Positions 55,484 through 64,000 of a stretch of 64,000 nt of DNA are shown piece by piece (positions within the stretch are counted from its first letter, which is position 1; each line of letters opens with the position of its first letter). Below the pieces are notes generated by a model. The model saw nothing but the letters and a program-made list of their open reading frames with translations, searched no databases and had not been told where the DNA came from. The position numbers and the translations under genes are program-made. The DNA comes from a phage, in NCBI GenBank assembly GCA_012401045.1, contig GCA_012401045.1_4704.1; one strand, given 5' to 3'.

Positions 55484-56158
55484 TTAGCCCTCATCAAGGT
55501 TATTCTGGAGATGCATCGCGGTGAGGATAACGCCAACCGCCGAAACCGATTTTGCCTTGCTGTCTTCAGGGAGCTGCTCCAAGCTTACGGTACCTGTTTC
55601 TAACAGCATGCGGTTCATTGCGTTGAACTTCTTATCGTCACCACCACGAGCCTGCATCAGCTCTCGGTTCACGTTCGGCATCGACCGTCCTAACGTCGCT
55701 TGCATTTCCGGCTGGCTCCAAGTGGAACCTTTACTATCACCCGTCGGCTGATTGGTGAGCTGGTCCTTGGTGTTGTTGTTTTTCGGAATCGAAATTTTAG
55801 CACTCAACGTTTCGGCTTGTCGGCGGTTTGGAATCAGGTACAATCTGGTTGGGCGGTCACGAAGCACCAATTGCCCTGTTTTCTGGTCGGTGAGATAAAT
55901 GCGTTGGAAGAAAGGGAAACCGTATTTCTTACCGACTTCCAACGCACGTTTTATCGTCACCTCGTTTTTGTTCATGTTGGGTACCCAGATGGGTAGAATC
56001 TCTTTCTTATCCCGACATAAACGCATATAGGCATCAAACGTCTCATCATCGATTTCAGCAAAACGTTTTTTGTAAATAGCGTAAGTCGGGCTCGATTCAC
56101 CCACCAGGTCTTTGATATACCCAAGAATGAATTTTTCTGCTGCAGCGCGGTTGGACAT
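55484..56158 (-). CDS. Hypothetical protein (224 aa)
   Basis: Clean ORF; no motif recognised. Confidence 0.7.
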   Translation of the reverse strand: MSNRAAAEKFILGYIKDLVGESSPTYAIYKKRFAEIDDETFDAYMRLCRDKKEILPIWVPNMNKNEVTIKRALEVGKKYGFPFFQRIYLTDQKTGQLVLRDRPTRLYLIPNRRQAETLSAKISIPKNNNTKDQLTNQPTGDSKGSTWSQPEMQATLGRSMPNVNRELMQARGGDDKKFNAMNRMLLETGTVSLEQLPEDSKAKSVSAVGVILTAMHLQNNLDEG

Positions 56159-56167
56159 AAACGTCTC

Positions 56168-56509
56168 CTATTGTCGTGTCTGTTGCGGAAATACCCGAAA
56201 CACCTGGACAATGATGTTCTTGTCCTCGCGGTTGGCGATGTCGATCATGTGTTTTGTTCCAGGACTTTTGAAATCCCAGAACGCAATTAAATGCGTAATG
56301 ACATCGCCCATCCACTCATTGCGTCTGAATCCAGCACCTTTACGATAAGGACCATCCCAATCGGCAGGAAACGTGGTGTATTTAAACCCGTAATCCTTCG
56401 CGTAGCGGCGCACATGCAAATCAGCGCCTGAATGCGCACCGCCAGCAATGAGATGAACTTTGTCGTGAGGAAGGTTGTGTAACATCTGGTTCATACGCTT
56501 TTCGAACAA
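56168..56509 (-). CDS. SLOG/DUF2493 (YspA-like) domain protein; the true N-terminus probably lies upstream of the tracked TTG start
   Basis: HLIAGGAHSGADLHVRRYA...FPADWDGPYRKGAGFRRNEWM...IAFWDFKSPGTKHMIDIA matches the DUF2493 pattern. The in-frame upstream codons encode RVGVSGSRYWDDYP, which looks like the family's first strand plus GSR motif. No ATG, GTG or TTG precedes them. Confidence 0.6.
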   Translation of the reverse strand: MFEKRMNQMLHNLPHDKVHLIAGGAHSGADLHVRRYAKDYGFKYTTFPADWDGPYRKGAGFRRNEWMGDVITHLIAFWDFKSPGTKHMIDIANREDKNIIVQVFRVFPQQTRQ

Positions 56510-56562
56510 GGGATAATCATCCCAGTAGCGTGATCCCGATACCCCTACACGATAGGGTTCGC

Positions 56563-56883
56563 TTATCTTCCACCGCGCAATGACTTTACGTTGCGTGCGA
56601 TAAAGGGTGCAACGTAATCACGGAAATTATGGATCCATCCTTTAATGGGTTGGTTGTCTAGTAAGCACTCACGTACCGAAAACGTACTTACTTCTAATAC
56701 ACCAAACTGTAGTCGCCAATAGCGATTGATTTCAGCTTGGGTATGTTCTAATGTCATGTACTCAGGAACACGAGCCAATAGGTCGTGTTTAAATTGCTCA
56801 GCAATCGCTGGTTGATGTGACGCAATTGTCTGCGTGATAACATCAATCAGTTCATGTGCATGCTTGATAGCAGGTGCGGTCAT
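56563..56883 (-). CDS. Hypothetical protein (106 aa)
   Basis: Clean ORF directly upstream of the SLOG gene. Confidence 0.65.
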   Translation of the reverse strand: MTAPAIKHAHELIDVITQTIASHQPAIAEQFKHDLLARVPEYMTLEHTQAEINRYWRLQFGVLEVSTFSVRECLLDNQPIKGWIHNFRDYVAPFIARNVKSLRGGR

Positions 56884-56895
56884 TTATTTAGCCTT

Positions 56896-58386
56896 TTATT
56901 TTTTACTCGGACGATTCAATGCGGGTACCGGGTTCTTTGGTTGCTTTGTCTTTTCATCCATCCAGTACGGGAAGTACTCACCAGTACGCATACGCAATAA
57001 GTCCATTGTGGACAGGAACGGCAGCGGGTTAGGATCGTCCAGATACGTCCAGTAACCACGCGTGTTTAACAATACATCCCAATCGAAACCTTTTGCTTTA
57101 AGATCGTCGTACAGTTCCTGTGGGGTGCAATACAGCTGTGGGTTTTCGTAAACCTCTTGACGCCAGAGATTATGCATTTGACACAGCTCCGACGTAATTT
57201 CCAGAGCACGCTGTAAATACTCATCCTCTTCGCAGAGTGAACGAATGGTCGTACGCTGCAACGCAACATCCGGATAAATATCCAAATATACCGTTGAAGC
57301 ACCATCAGCTGACTTACCACCTGACGCATGCATACCCCAACCACGCATCCAATCTTTATCACGCAGGTAGTGGTATTCCGTTAATGATGGTTTAACCCCT
57401 TCGCTCTGACTAACCACAATCGGGAACGGTAAGCCGGTGGGTCCGTTTTTAGCGCGCATGTTAAAGACTTGAATCAACTGCAGATCGGTATCCCCGATAA
57501 GGTTGTCACCAGGCCCACGCGGATAAAGGACGCGTTTATCCGCGTTCTGAAGAATCGTCAGTTTATCGATTTTCCAGAGGTTATTCGTATAAAACGTGAA
57601 GCGTTCCGGGACGTTCTTAAACTTCTCATCGCCCTTAAACCCTTTCAGTTTTCGTACCGGTTGCTGTCCCGGCATACCACCAACGTTTACACCGTCACCA
57701 AGGTGGGCGGTCATGGTAATGTAGATACCCGCCGACGCTGTGAGTACTGGCATCTGTGATAGAATCTGGCTTTTCGCAGCTGCTGAACGCATCGCTTCAG
57801 CATTCAGTTTTGCGCCACCCGCGGTTTCTTTATCGAACAGTGCATCAACGGCATCGATTGGTAATCCAGAGAAACTGTCGATGAGTACAACGGTCGGCAA
57901 CCACCAGGTATAGTTCTCACCATGTTTATTAATAAACGGAACGGCTTTGCGTTGAGATTTATCTTTGACCTTATCGTCACGGAATTTCTTAATCGCATCA
58001 AACCAAATGTTACCGCTCATCTGAACAGCATCGGTGATAAACACACGTTCTTCTTCGAAAAGATCAACACCTGCGATATTAGACATGTTCATCGCAAGCG
58101 TTAAGATACGTGTTGTCGTTAACGACATTTCGGTGTCGTAAACGCTACTATTGCTGTTTGCGTAACGATCGATAACGCGTAACAAGCGAAACATTATGAA
58201 CGTGGTTTTGTTCATGTTGCCGCGAGCGCCTGCGCCCTCAACAAGCATCATGCCGCCGTTACAAATGCTTTCACCGTGTTTACCGATATAGTACCGACCG
58301 CCAGATGTGGGAATATCCATTAAGCAACCAATGTTGAGATTAAAACGCATCTCTTCACCGGGAGAAAGGTACTTATTAAGATTCAT
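56896..58386 (-). CDS. RecA-superfamily ATPase (UvsX/RecA-like recombinase candidate)
   Basis: 496 aa. LVEGAGARGNMNKTTF is a deviant P-loop, VVLIDSFSGL is Walker B-like, and ITMTAHL follows. No stronger signature recognised. Confidence 0.5.
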   Translation of the reverse strand: MNLNKYLSPGEEMRFNLNIGCLMDIPTSGGRYYIGKHGESICNGGMMLVEGAGARGNMNKTTFIMFRLLRVIDRYANSNSSVYDTEMSLTTTRILTLAMNMSNIAGVDLFEEERVFITDAVQMSGNIWFDAIKKFRDDKVKDKSQRKAVPFINKHGENYTWWLPTVVLIDSFSGLPIDAVDALFDKETAGGAKLNAEAMRSAAAKSQILSQMPVLTASAGIYITMTAHLGDGVNVGGMPGQQPVRKLKGFKGDEKFKNVPERFTFYTNNLWKIDKLTILQNADKRVLYPRGPGDNLIGDTDLQLIQVFNMRAKNGPTGLPFPIVVSQSEGVKPSLTEYHYLRDKDWMRGWGMHASGGKSADGASTVYLDIYPDVALQRTTIRSLCEEDEYLQRALEITSELCQMHNLWRQEVYENPQLYCTPQELYDDLKAKGFDWDVLLNTRGYWTYLDDPNPLPFLSTMDLLRMRTGEYFPYWMDEKTKQPKNPVPALNRPSKK

Positions 58387-58484
58387 TGGGTAAAGACTCC
58401 TTCGATTCTTCGACTAATTCTTAGTGTTCAGAGAATAACTATTTTTAGTTAAGACTGACAACCGCTATTTCCACGAGGACAATC

Positions 58485-59327
58485 ATGCATAAATTTACCA
58501 TTCCTGAAGACCCGATTACACTGCAGACCCTTTGGGATTCACATCGTGCTTTATCAATGGAAGGCTTTGCGCAAGACTTCGCTTCACTTACCGCAGTAAC
58601 GAATCTTCGCAGTATGTTTACCAACGGTAAGAAGTTTGTTACCGATTGGCTTAAGAAACGTGATGTGACGGTTTATCCTAAAGTTTTCGATGACCTCGAT
58701 ACGATTTTTAGCAACAACGCTTACAGCGATCTCATTGGGTATCGTGCTTTTATTCCGAATGGTTTAAATGCGCCGATGTCAGATTATGTTGTTGCTTTAA
58801 CTCAGAGCCTGGATAGCGTGATTGGCACCATCCTACCTGATTTGGATAAGTTGACCGTAACGTGCGCTAAAGCCGTCAACGACGTTAACTTCCGTCGTAG
58901 TAGTGGTATGGCTCAAACGCTACCTAAAAACGATCCAGAGAACGTTCTAGAGACGTTACGTGCGATGTTCAAACAAGGGACGGTAACACAGACCACTGTA
59001 GGCCGTGCATATAAGAACGAAGATGATATTCGTCAGATCGGAAAAGATCTGGATGCTTCCCGTATCCGTGCGCTTGACGTTAATCCTAAAGACGTGAAGA
59101 AGGCAATCGAACGTTTCATGGAGGTAGCTGACCGTTTAACCGAAATCCTGGTTCAAGACTACAATGAAGGTGCGGTGAGCAACGCGATGATTCGCGATAT
59201 TAGTGACGCTATCTACCAAACAGCCAAGCAGGCTGAACTGTATGCGTTTCTCGTGAACGCTTTGGCTGAGGCGATCATCGCATATAACGACACTTGGGAC
59301 GCCGTTAAAAAGAACGCGAAAAAATAA
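58485..59327 (+). CDS. Hypothetical protein (280 aa)
   Basis: SD GAGGA; clean ORF. Confidence 0.7.
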   Translation: MHKFTIPEDPITLQTLWDSHRALSMEGFAQDFASLTAVTNLRSMFTNGKKFVTDWLKKRDVTVYPKVFDDLDTIFSNNAYSDLIGYRAFIPNGLNAPMSDYVVALTQSLDSVIGTILPDLDKLTVTCAKAVNDVNFRRSSGMAQTLPKNDPENVLETLRAMFKQGTVTQTTVGRAYKNEDDIRQIGKDLDASRIRALDVNPKDVKKAIERFMEVADRLTEILVQDYNEGAVSNAMIRDISDAIYQTAKQAELYAFLVNALAEAIIAYNDTWDAVKKNAKK

Positions 59328-59335
59328 CATAATAA

Positions 59336-59371
59336 CCCACCCTACTACCCCGTTAAGGGCGGTAGGGTGGG
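59336..59371. terminator. 10-bp stem-loop between convergent genes
   Basis: CCCACCCTAC (59336..59345) pairs with GTAGGGTGGG (59362..59371), with an inner CCC/GGG stem. Confidence 0.7.
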
Positions 59372-59378
59372 ATAAGGT

Positions 59379-59810
59379 TTATTTGCCGTATAGTTGTACC
59401 ACTCGTTGTGTCGTAGGAACGCAGACTCTTACCAGAAGCTTTTTAATCTCCTGACGAATCGTTGCTTTATCATCATAATAAAGCCATGGTGGAACGCGTT
59501 GCATTATGCACTGCACGGCTTCATCGTAGTTCGTCGTCCCATTAAGTAACGTCTCACTATCCAGATCTTTCCATGCAGTAATACCAAGTCGCGCAGCAAA
59601 CATCAACGCTGAAACCGACTCAGCTATCTCCAATCGCTCATTCATATCCGCAAGACCTTTTAGCATGATGTAATTATCATCATGCTGATGTAAGGTGCCA
59701 TACAAACTTCCGAAGAGAAGTATACGTTTAGCTTTTGCGGTTAAGAGGAACGACAGGAGAGCGTATTTCAACGGTTGTTTCTCACGTTCTACCTGTTCGA
59801 CCATCACCAT
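59379..59810 (-). CDS. Hypothetical protein (143 aa)
   Basis: Clean ORF 3 nt after the RNase H gene stop. Confidence 0.65.
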   Translation of the reverse strand: MVMVEQVEREKQPLKYALLSFLLTAKAKRILLFGSLYGTLHQHDDNYIMLKGLADMNERLEIAESVSALMFAARLGITAWKDLDSETLLNGTTNYDEAVQCIMQRVPPWLYYDDKATIRQEIKKLLVRVCVPTTQRVVQLYGK

Positions 59811-59813
59811 TGA

Positions 59814-61340
59814 TTACTCCAACACATAACGTGGGTTACTGTATATGTTAGCCCATATACCAACGTCGTCCCCCGATTCAATAATCACGGCGAAACGAAA
59901 CGCAATATCAGATTCACGATAAGTTACCGCGTACGCTTTCGTTTCTGGCGATGCTAAATAGCTCAAGTTCAGACGTTGAGGTAGGTCTAACCCCAAGGAC
60001 ATGGTACAAGACGTAACGCCCTGCTTATCAGGGTTCAGTCTGTAATTCACATCCACCTTCAGGCTTTTCGTAACCTGCGTAATCTCACTATGCACTTTGG
60101 TCACCGTTTTGCCTTTCTTATCCTTTTCTGTTTCGAAAAGAACATCGGTAATTTCGGTTACAACCAGACGCGGTGTGGATTCGCGGTTAGCATCCAGCCA
60201 TTCATCCAGTAACGTCTTTAAGAAGTTCAAGGAATCAATCGCGCGCCAAGCAAGGTTAGGTGGATTACACGCTTCCATTAGAATGGCTGTGTTGGATCCA
60301 CCTAGCGGAAGATGCACGCTCTTACCGAGGCCCGTAGGACGCATCGTAAGATCGCACTCGCCCTCAAGAATATCGCGATGATATTGGCGATGATGAAGGT
60401 TATCTGTGTATGCGATATACACTGACTCCGTTGTCCCATGCTCTAATACCCGAGATGCATGCGTACGCATAATCTCAACAGCATCATCCGGCTTGCTTAA
60501 ATAGATAACACTGTACGCACTATCGCTAATCCTTTTCCCTAACTCAAGACGTCCCTTGTTGTCTTTATCGGTGTTACCACCGAAATAGATGTAGCGGCCA
60601 TCTTTCGCACGCTCTTGCTGCTGGTTGGTGGTAAAGTAGCAGCGTGAGAACGTAAAGAACGGGCTTATTTCCGGTTCGGGACTCCAATATCCCTTAGCCG
60701 GAAGTTCGCGGCGTATTTGGGTTCTTACAGCCCAGTCCTGGTTTTGTGACAGATATGTTCCACGCGTTGCCAACATATCCGCACGTTCGTTACCAACATT
60801 GCCCTCATGTCCAGGAACGTAGCGCAGCGAAATATCGATAGCGTCGCGCTTCGCATCCCTTATCGCACTATCGAGTTTCCGCCACCGTTCCGCATTCATT
60901 AACGGTTTATTGTCGGATTTAACCCAGTTGTTCTCTCGCCAGTTAGCGAGATGGTTGGTGGCACCTACAACAACATATTGGCTGTCCGACAACAGCTGGA
61001 TCCGTTTTGCCCCCTTTGCTTTTCCAAGTTCAATCGCACGTATTGCAGCATCCAACTCAGCCTGATTGTTCGTTACGTTGAAACCCAAAGCCTCTAACTC
61101 ATCCACGTATTCCTTGGGTTCGACCAGCACAGCGTCTTTAGGAAAGTCGAGTTTAGGGTCAACATAACCGTATTGCGTTGGTTTGGGCTTCCCACTTTTT
61201 GAGGGTTCCAAGGTGCCTTTTATTTCTTTCACCATATCGTAGGTGTAGCCGTGCACGCCGTAGCCACCATACCCACTCGATGTTGGACGGGATCCTCCAT
61301 CGCAGTAGAAAACGGCACCGAGCTCAGTATTTCCTGCCAT
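59814..61340 (-). CDS. RNase HI domain fused to a ~300-aa C-terminal domain of unknown function
   Basis: FYCDGGSR, TNNQAELDAAIRAIE, LLSDSQYVV and VPGHEGNVGNERADMLA match the RNase HI D-E-D-(H)-D pattern. The start is chosen at MAGNTELG (GAGG 8 nt upstream); the track start is 61352. Confidence 0.8.
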   Translation of the reverse strand: MAGNTELGAVFYCDGGSRPTSSGYGGYGVHGYTYDMVKEIKGTLEPSKSGKPKPTQYGYVDPKLDFPKDAVLVEPKEYVDELEALGFNVTNNQAELDAAIRAIELGKAKGAKRIQLLSDSQYVVVGATNHLANWRENNWVKSDNKPLMNAERWRKLDSAIRDAKRDAIDISLRYVPGHEGNVGNERADMLATRGTYLSQNQDWAVRTQIRRELPAKGYWSPEPEISPFFTFSRCYFTTNQQQERAKDGRYIYFGGNTDKDNKGRLELGKRISDSAYSVIYLSKPDDAVEIMRTHASRVLEHGTTESVYIAYTDNLHHRQYHRDILEGECDLTMRPTGLGKSVHLPLGGSNTAILMEACNPPNLAWRAIDSLNFLKTLLDEWLDANRESTPRLVVTEITDVLFETEKDKKGKTVTKVHSEITQVTKSLKVDVNYRLNPDKQGVTSCTMSLGLDLPQRLNLSYLASPETKAYAVTYRESDIAFRFAVIIESGDDVGIWANIYSNPRYVLE

Positions 61341-61390
61341 TGTAAACCTCATTAATCATTGTCCGTATGATAGCCCAAAGTTGTACGGTA

Positions 61391-61942
61391 TTACCGATTA
61401 CCATCGGTTGACGTTGGTTGATCGCGATTGACTTTCATTGACCGCAGTTTTCCGCCGTTAATGACGCATTGATTGCGTTGTTTGGCGGAGGTCAGACTAT
61501 TACAGACGTAATAGGTATCGATAAAACGTTCAACGCGTTCTTGAAACTCCCTCTCGTCAACTTTCTCTTTTTCAAAAGTTCGTAACGCTCGATCAACCTC
61601 ACCCTGGAGAATCCGATTCTGTTCAATCATACTGTCGATTAAACGGCCTCGTACTTCGTTCGATGTGTAGAGTTGATGAATCAGTTCTCGGTTGGTGTCT
61701 CGCGCATAACGCAATGTTGCATTTTCCTGACGTAAACTAGTCACGTCAGCCATCAAGGTAATGATTTTTTCGCCAGCAAATAACGTCACGATACCCAATA
61801 CGATGAAAAAGCCCGTAACCAAGAATATCGAGGACTGTCGAGCTCCATCTCGACGAAAACGTGAAGGCGGTCGCTTACTTCGCCGAAACAACTCGCGAAG
61901 AAAAGGGAAAAGCCAGGGCAACGCCTTGAGTGTAGTAAGCAT
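61391..61942 (-). CDS. Single-pass membrane protein with a coiled-coil ectodomain (183 aa; start at MLTTLKALPW)
   Basis: A basic N-terminus is followed by SSIFLVTGFFIVLGIVTLFAG (TM helix) and then heptad-like sequence. AAGGA lies 8 nt upstream of ATG 61942. The track's longer N-terminus overlaps the divergent gene. Confidence 0.6.
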   Translation of the reverse strand: MLTTLKALPWLFPFLRELFRRSKRPPSRFRRDGARQSSIFLVTGFFIVLGIVTLFAGEKIITLMADVTSLRQENATLRYARDTNRELIHQLYTSNEVRGRLIDSMIEQNRILQGEVDRALRTFEKEKVDEREFQERVERFIDTYYVCNSLTSAKQRNQCVINGGKLRSMKVNRDQPTSTDGNR

Positions 61943-61996
61943 GCGTGTGTCCTTGATAGTATGAAATTTCCAATACAACTTAACCGAGGACGTCGA

Positions 61997-63337
61997 ATGA
62001 TTAGTATTTTTGGTTTTTATACGTACAAAGGGTACGCTAATAACCACCCAAAAACCACGGCGAAATTCGGTGAGTTCAGTCAGCACAGTGCTACGTTCAG
62101 TCGCGAAATCGGCATCTATACCAACACGGCGTACGCACGTACGACCTTATTAGTGTTGAATGCCGAAAACGAAGCTGGTGAAGCACAAACGCTGAATGAC
62201 GACACCGCAGGCCGCATTCTTCAGGTTGGTCAATGGTTGCTGGAAAAAGCCGCATCGGGCGAAATCCAGGACGACAGAGACCAGGTTATCGACTACCTAA
62301 AAGACGACTTCACAACGTATTTGGATTCTATCGACATCCCAACACCCACCACCGATGGCACAGTCTATCTACCGGCGTGGATCAGTTTCAAGATAACAGC
62401 CACCGGCGATGTTGTCAAGATTTGGTTGTCTGATAGCGTATTCCAAAGTCAATATCCAAAATACGAATATGAAGTCGTTCCCCCTGTTCCTAAGGATCAG
62501 TTAGATACCTTCTTCGAAGATCTGGCAACATTGAAGGAACTGGTTGACAGTCGAAGCAGCGAGAAACTGACCGAAGAAATCAACGAGGTGCGCGACCAAT
62601 TCCCAGACACACAATTGTGGACGAAAACCTATAAAGCGTACGATTACACCGACGATTCGAAATACATTAATACCGATTGGACGGTGATTATCTACGGTGC
62701 AGCAGGTAACAATATTGATAATATCAAGGAGTTCCTGCAAAACTGGATTCTTAGCAATAGCACACACGGACGTCCAGACTGGGAAATCGTTCTGCCGGAT
62801 CTTTTTATTCCGACGGAACACATCTTCATCCCGATCTGGAACCGCCACAGTGCTCCAGAAATGACCAATCAGGCACGTATCTATAGTCCTATCTTCGATG
62901 ATTCGTTGATGGATACCTACCTGAAAAACTTTGCTGATGGTTACGGCGAAACCGCCGAAGTCCGTAAGTCGCTTCAAGCGGTGCCGACGTTGTGGCGCTC
63001 GATCGGTTTCTTAAGTGTCGGTAACTCACGTAACCGAGACGGTAAACTTAAGTTCTACGATCGTTGGCCACAATACGCGCTCATCAGCACAACCAGTATC
63101 GACATTAACCGTATCGACGATGCGACACGTGAATTCATCACGTTCACTTACGAAATGCTGAAACTGGCGGAATCGCTCACTGAAGACGACCCAGTACCGT
63201 TGGGTTATAGTCGTGTTACACGTGGTAGCAATAGCTTCTTAGCGAAAAGCCACAACGATGTTCAGTATCTCTTCTTAACAAAAGAAGCGTTCCTGAAGAA
63301 AATGCCGGATGATGCCGACACGCCTGTTGGAGGTTGA
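61997..63337 (+). CDS. Hypothetical protein (446 aa; start at MISIFGFY)
   Basis: GAGGA lies 7 nt upstream of ATG 61997. The track start at 61961 has no SD. Confidence 0.7.
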   Translation: MISIFGFYTYKGYANNHPKTTAKFGEFSQHSATFSREIGIYTNTAYARTTLLVLNAENEAGEAQTLNDDTAGRILQVGQWLLEKAASGEIQDDRDQVIDYLKDDFTTYLDSIDIPTPTTDGTVYLPAWISFKITATGDVVKIWLSDSVFQSQYPKYEYEVVPPVPKDQLDTFFEDLATLKELVDSRSSEKLTEEINEVRDQFPDTQLWTKTYKAYDYTDDSKYINTDWTVIIYGAAGNNIDNIKEFLQNWILSNSTHGRPDWEIVLPDLFIPTEHIFIPIWNRHSAPEMTNQARIYSPIFDDSLMDTYLKNFADGYGETAEVRKSLQAVPTLWRSIGFLSVGNSRNRDGKLKFYDRWPQYALISTTSIDINRIDDATREFITFTYEMLKLAESLTEDDPVPLGYSRVTRGSNSFLAKSHNDVQYLFLTKEAFLKKMPDDADTPVGG

Positions 63338-63966
63338 TTATGGCTGTAACACGCATGACGCCGAGTCCCGGTGCGGTCGGGGTATTCACAGTATCAGCGC
63401 CGTTTTCCGTTGGTGCGTCAACGCTATATACCGTTACAGCGTTGCGAAGATTCAGCGAAGTCATCGGTAGTGGAATCGATCTATTTACGGAACTGTACGA
63501 ACCGTTATCAATAGACAAATCCACTTTCGAAGCGCATCTCGAAGCGAATGCTTATCTCGTCACGTTGCAACCGGATTACGGTGCACCCGTACTGGTACCT
63601 GATACGTATATCACGTCGTACCCAAAGAACGATTCCTTGCGGTATCGTCGCATTATTCTGGGTATCGATTTCGGGCCTCTTCCTCCCGGTCTTGACCTTT
63701 CGTATTTAACAACGATATTGAAAGGTAAGGCTAGTGATATTCTTGGTGTCGAACCTGAAGTTAAAACGATGGAAATCACTCTCGATGATACCGTTACTCA
63801 GGAACAACATCAGATAAACGAAGCCCGTCGTCAGGCTGCGATAAAAGAGCGAGATACCATATACGCACGTTGTGAAACGCAAGAGAAGCAGATAACGGCT
63901 TTACTTGCAACCCAAAAGCAACTTATCAAATTGCTTCAAGACGCCGGTATCAATCCGACACCTTAA
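63334..63966 (+). CDS. Hypothetical protein (210 aa) with a C-terminal coiled-coil-like region
   Basis: ATGA overlap with the upstream gene. The first arm of a C-rich terminator-type hairpin follows, cut by the window end. Confidence 0.7.
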   Translation: MIMAVTRMTPSPGAVGVFTVSAPFSVGASTLYTVTALRRFSEVIGSGIDLFTELYEPLSIDKSTFEAHLEANAYLVTLQPDYGAPVLVPDTYITSYPKNDSLRYRRIILGIDFGPLPPGLDLSYLTTILKGKASDILGVEPEVKTMEITLDDTVTQEQHQINEARRQAAIKERDTIYARCETQEKQITALLATQKQLIKLLQDAGINPTP

Positions 63967-64000
63967 CATATTCCCTCCTCCTTCCCCGATGGGTTGGAGG

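Noticed and set aside
59374-59392. TTTATTTGCCGTATAG after the 59336..59371 hairpin on the plus strand, which resembles the TTTATGCCGT cassette
   Set aside because: It is not an exact match. It coincides with the C-terminal codons and stop of minus-strand gene 59379..59810, and no plus-strand gene lies downstream.
61943-62086. An N-terminal 48-aa extension of the membrane-protein ORF, and the ATG 61961 start of the divergent gene
   Set aside because: These would make the divergent genes overlap head to head. The internal starts at 61942 and 61997 both have good SDs.
1-64000. A search for tRNA, rRNA, CRISPR arrays, IS or transposase genes, integrase, and homing endonucleases or introns
   Set aside because: I saw no T-arm-like GGTTCGAAT-type sequence in the longer intergenic regions, no spaced direct repeats, and no HNH, GIY-YIG, LAGLIDADG or DDE-like ORFs by eye. 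This is a visual check only, not an exhaustive one.

Overview
The window reads as one contiguous piece of a phiKZ-like, nucleus-forming jumbo phage (Chimalliviridae type) with enterobacterial-style codon usage. Genes are densely packed and mostly on the minus strand. I saw no host-like genes, rRNA, tRNA, CRISPR or IS elements.

Recognisable content:
1. An edge-truncated, heavily codon-optimised minus-strand ORF (1..1674) is absent from the ORF track. I infer it is the chimallin nuclear-shell gene. It lies about 8 kb from a clear PhuZ tubulin gene (9632..10612).
2. A 717-aa protein carries PolB motif-C-like and KxY-like motifs.
3. A packaging and tail block holds TerL, three large virion-type proteins, then tail sheath and tail tube.
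4. A T4 gp21-type prohead protease is followed by strongly codon-biased virion-type proteins.
5. Split multisubunit RNAP genes sit next to a ~2221-aa tape-measure-like protein with a GH19-type muramidase domain. The beta' N-fragment ends 55 aa after DFDGD; the 1448-aa beta fragment ends after the GDK region. As I remember it, this is the phiKZ gp175-gp182 order, so this is probably the virion RNAP set.
6. DNA-metabolism and accessory genes include a RecA-fold ATPase, an RNase HI fusion, a SLOG/DUF2493 protein and a DUF488-like protein.

Non-coding signal:
- Three copies of a ~32-nt promoter (TATTGrAAAAAA-N4-AGG-N2-TATATTACCT) sit in front of the most expression-optimised early-looking genes.
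- Hairpin-plus-TATG units (TTTTATGCCGT, TTATGTCA, AACTTAATATGT) recur in front of other genes.
- There are many GC-rich stem-loop terminators, several with UUCG loops.

Anomalies:
- A run of small genes between the shell gene and phuZ has 38-185 nt out-of-frame overlaps and one apparent frame switch.
- The SLOG-domain gene's conserved N-terminus lies upstream of any canonical start codon.
- One convergent gene pair overlaps by 98 nt.

All functional calls rest on by-eye motif recognition and remembered synteny. No database search was possible.
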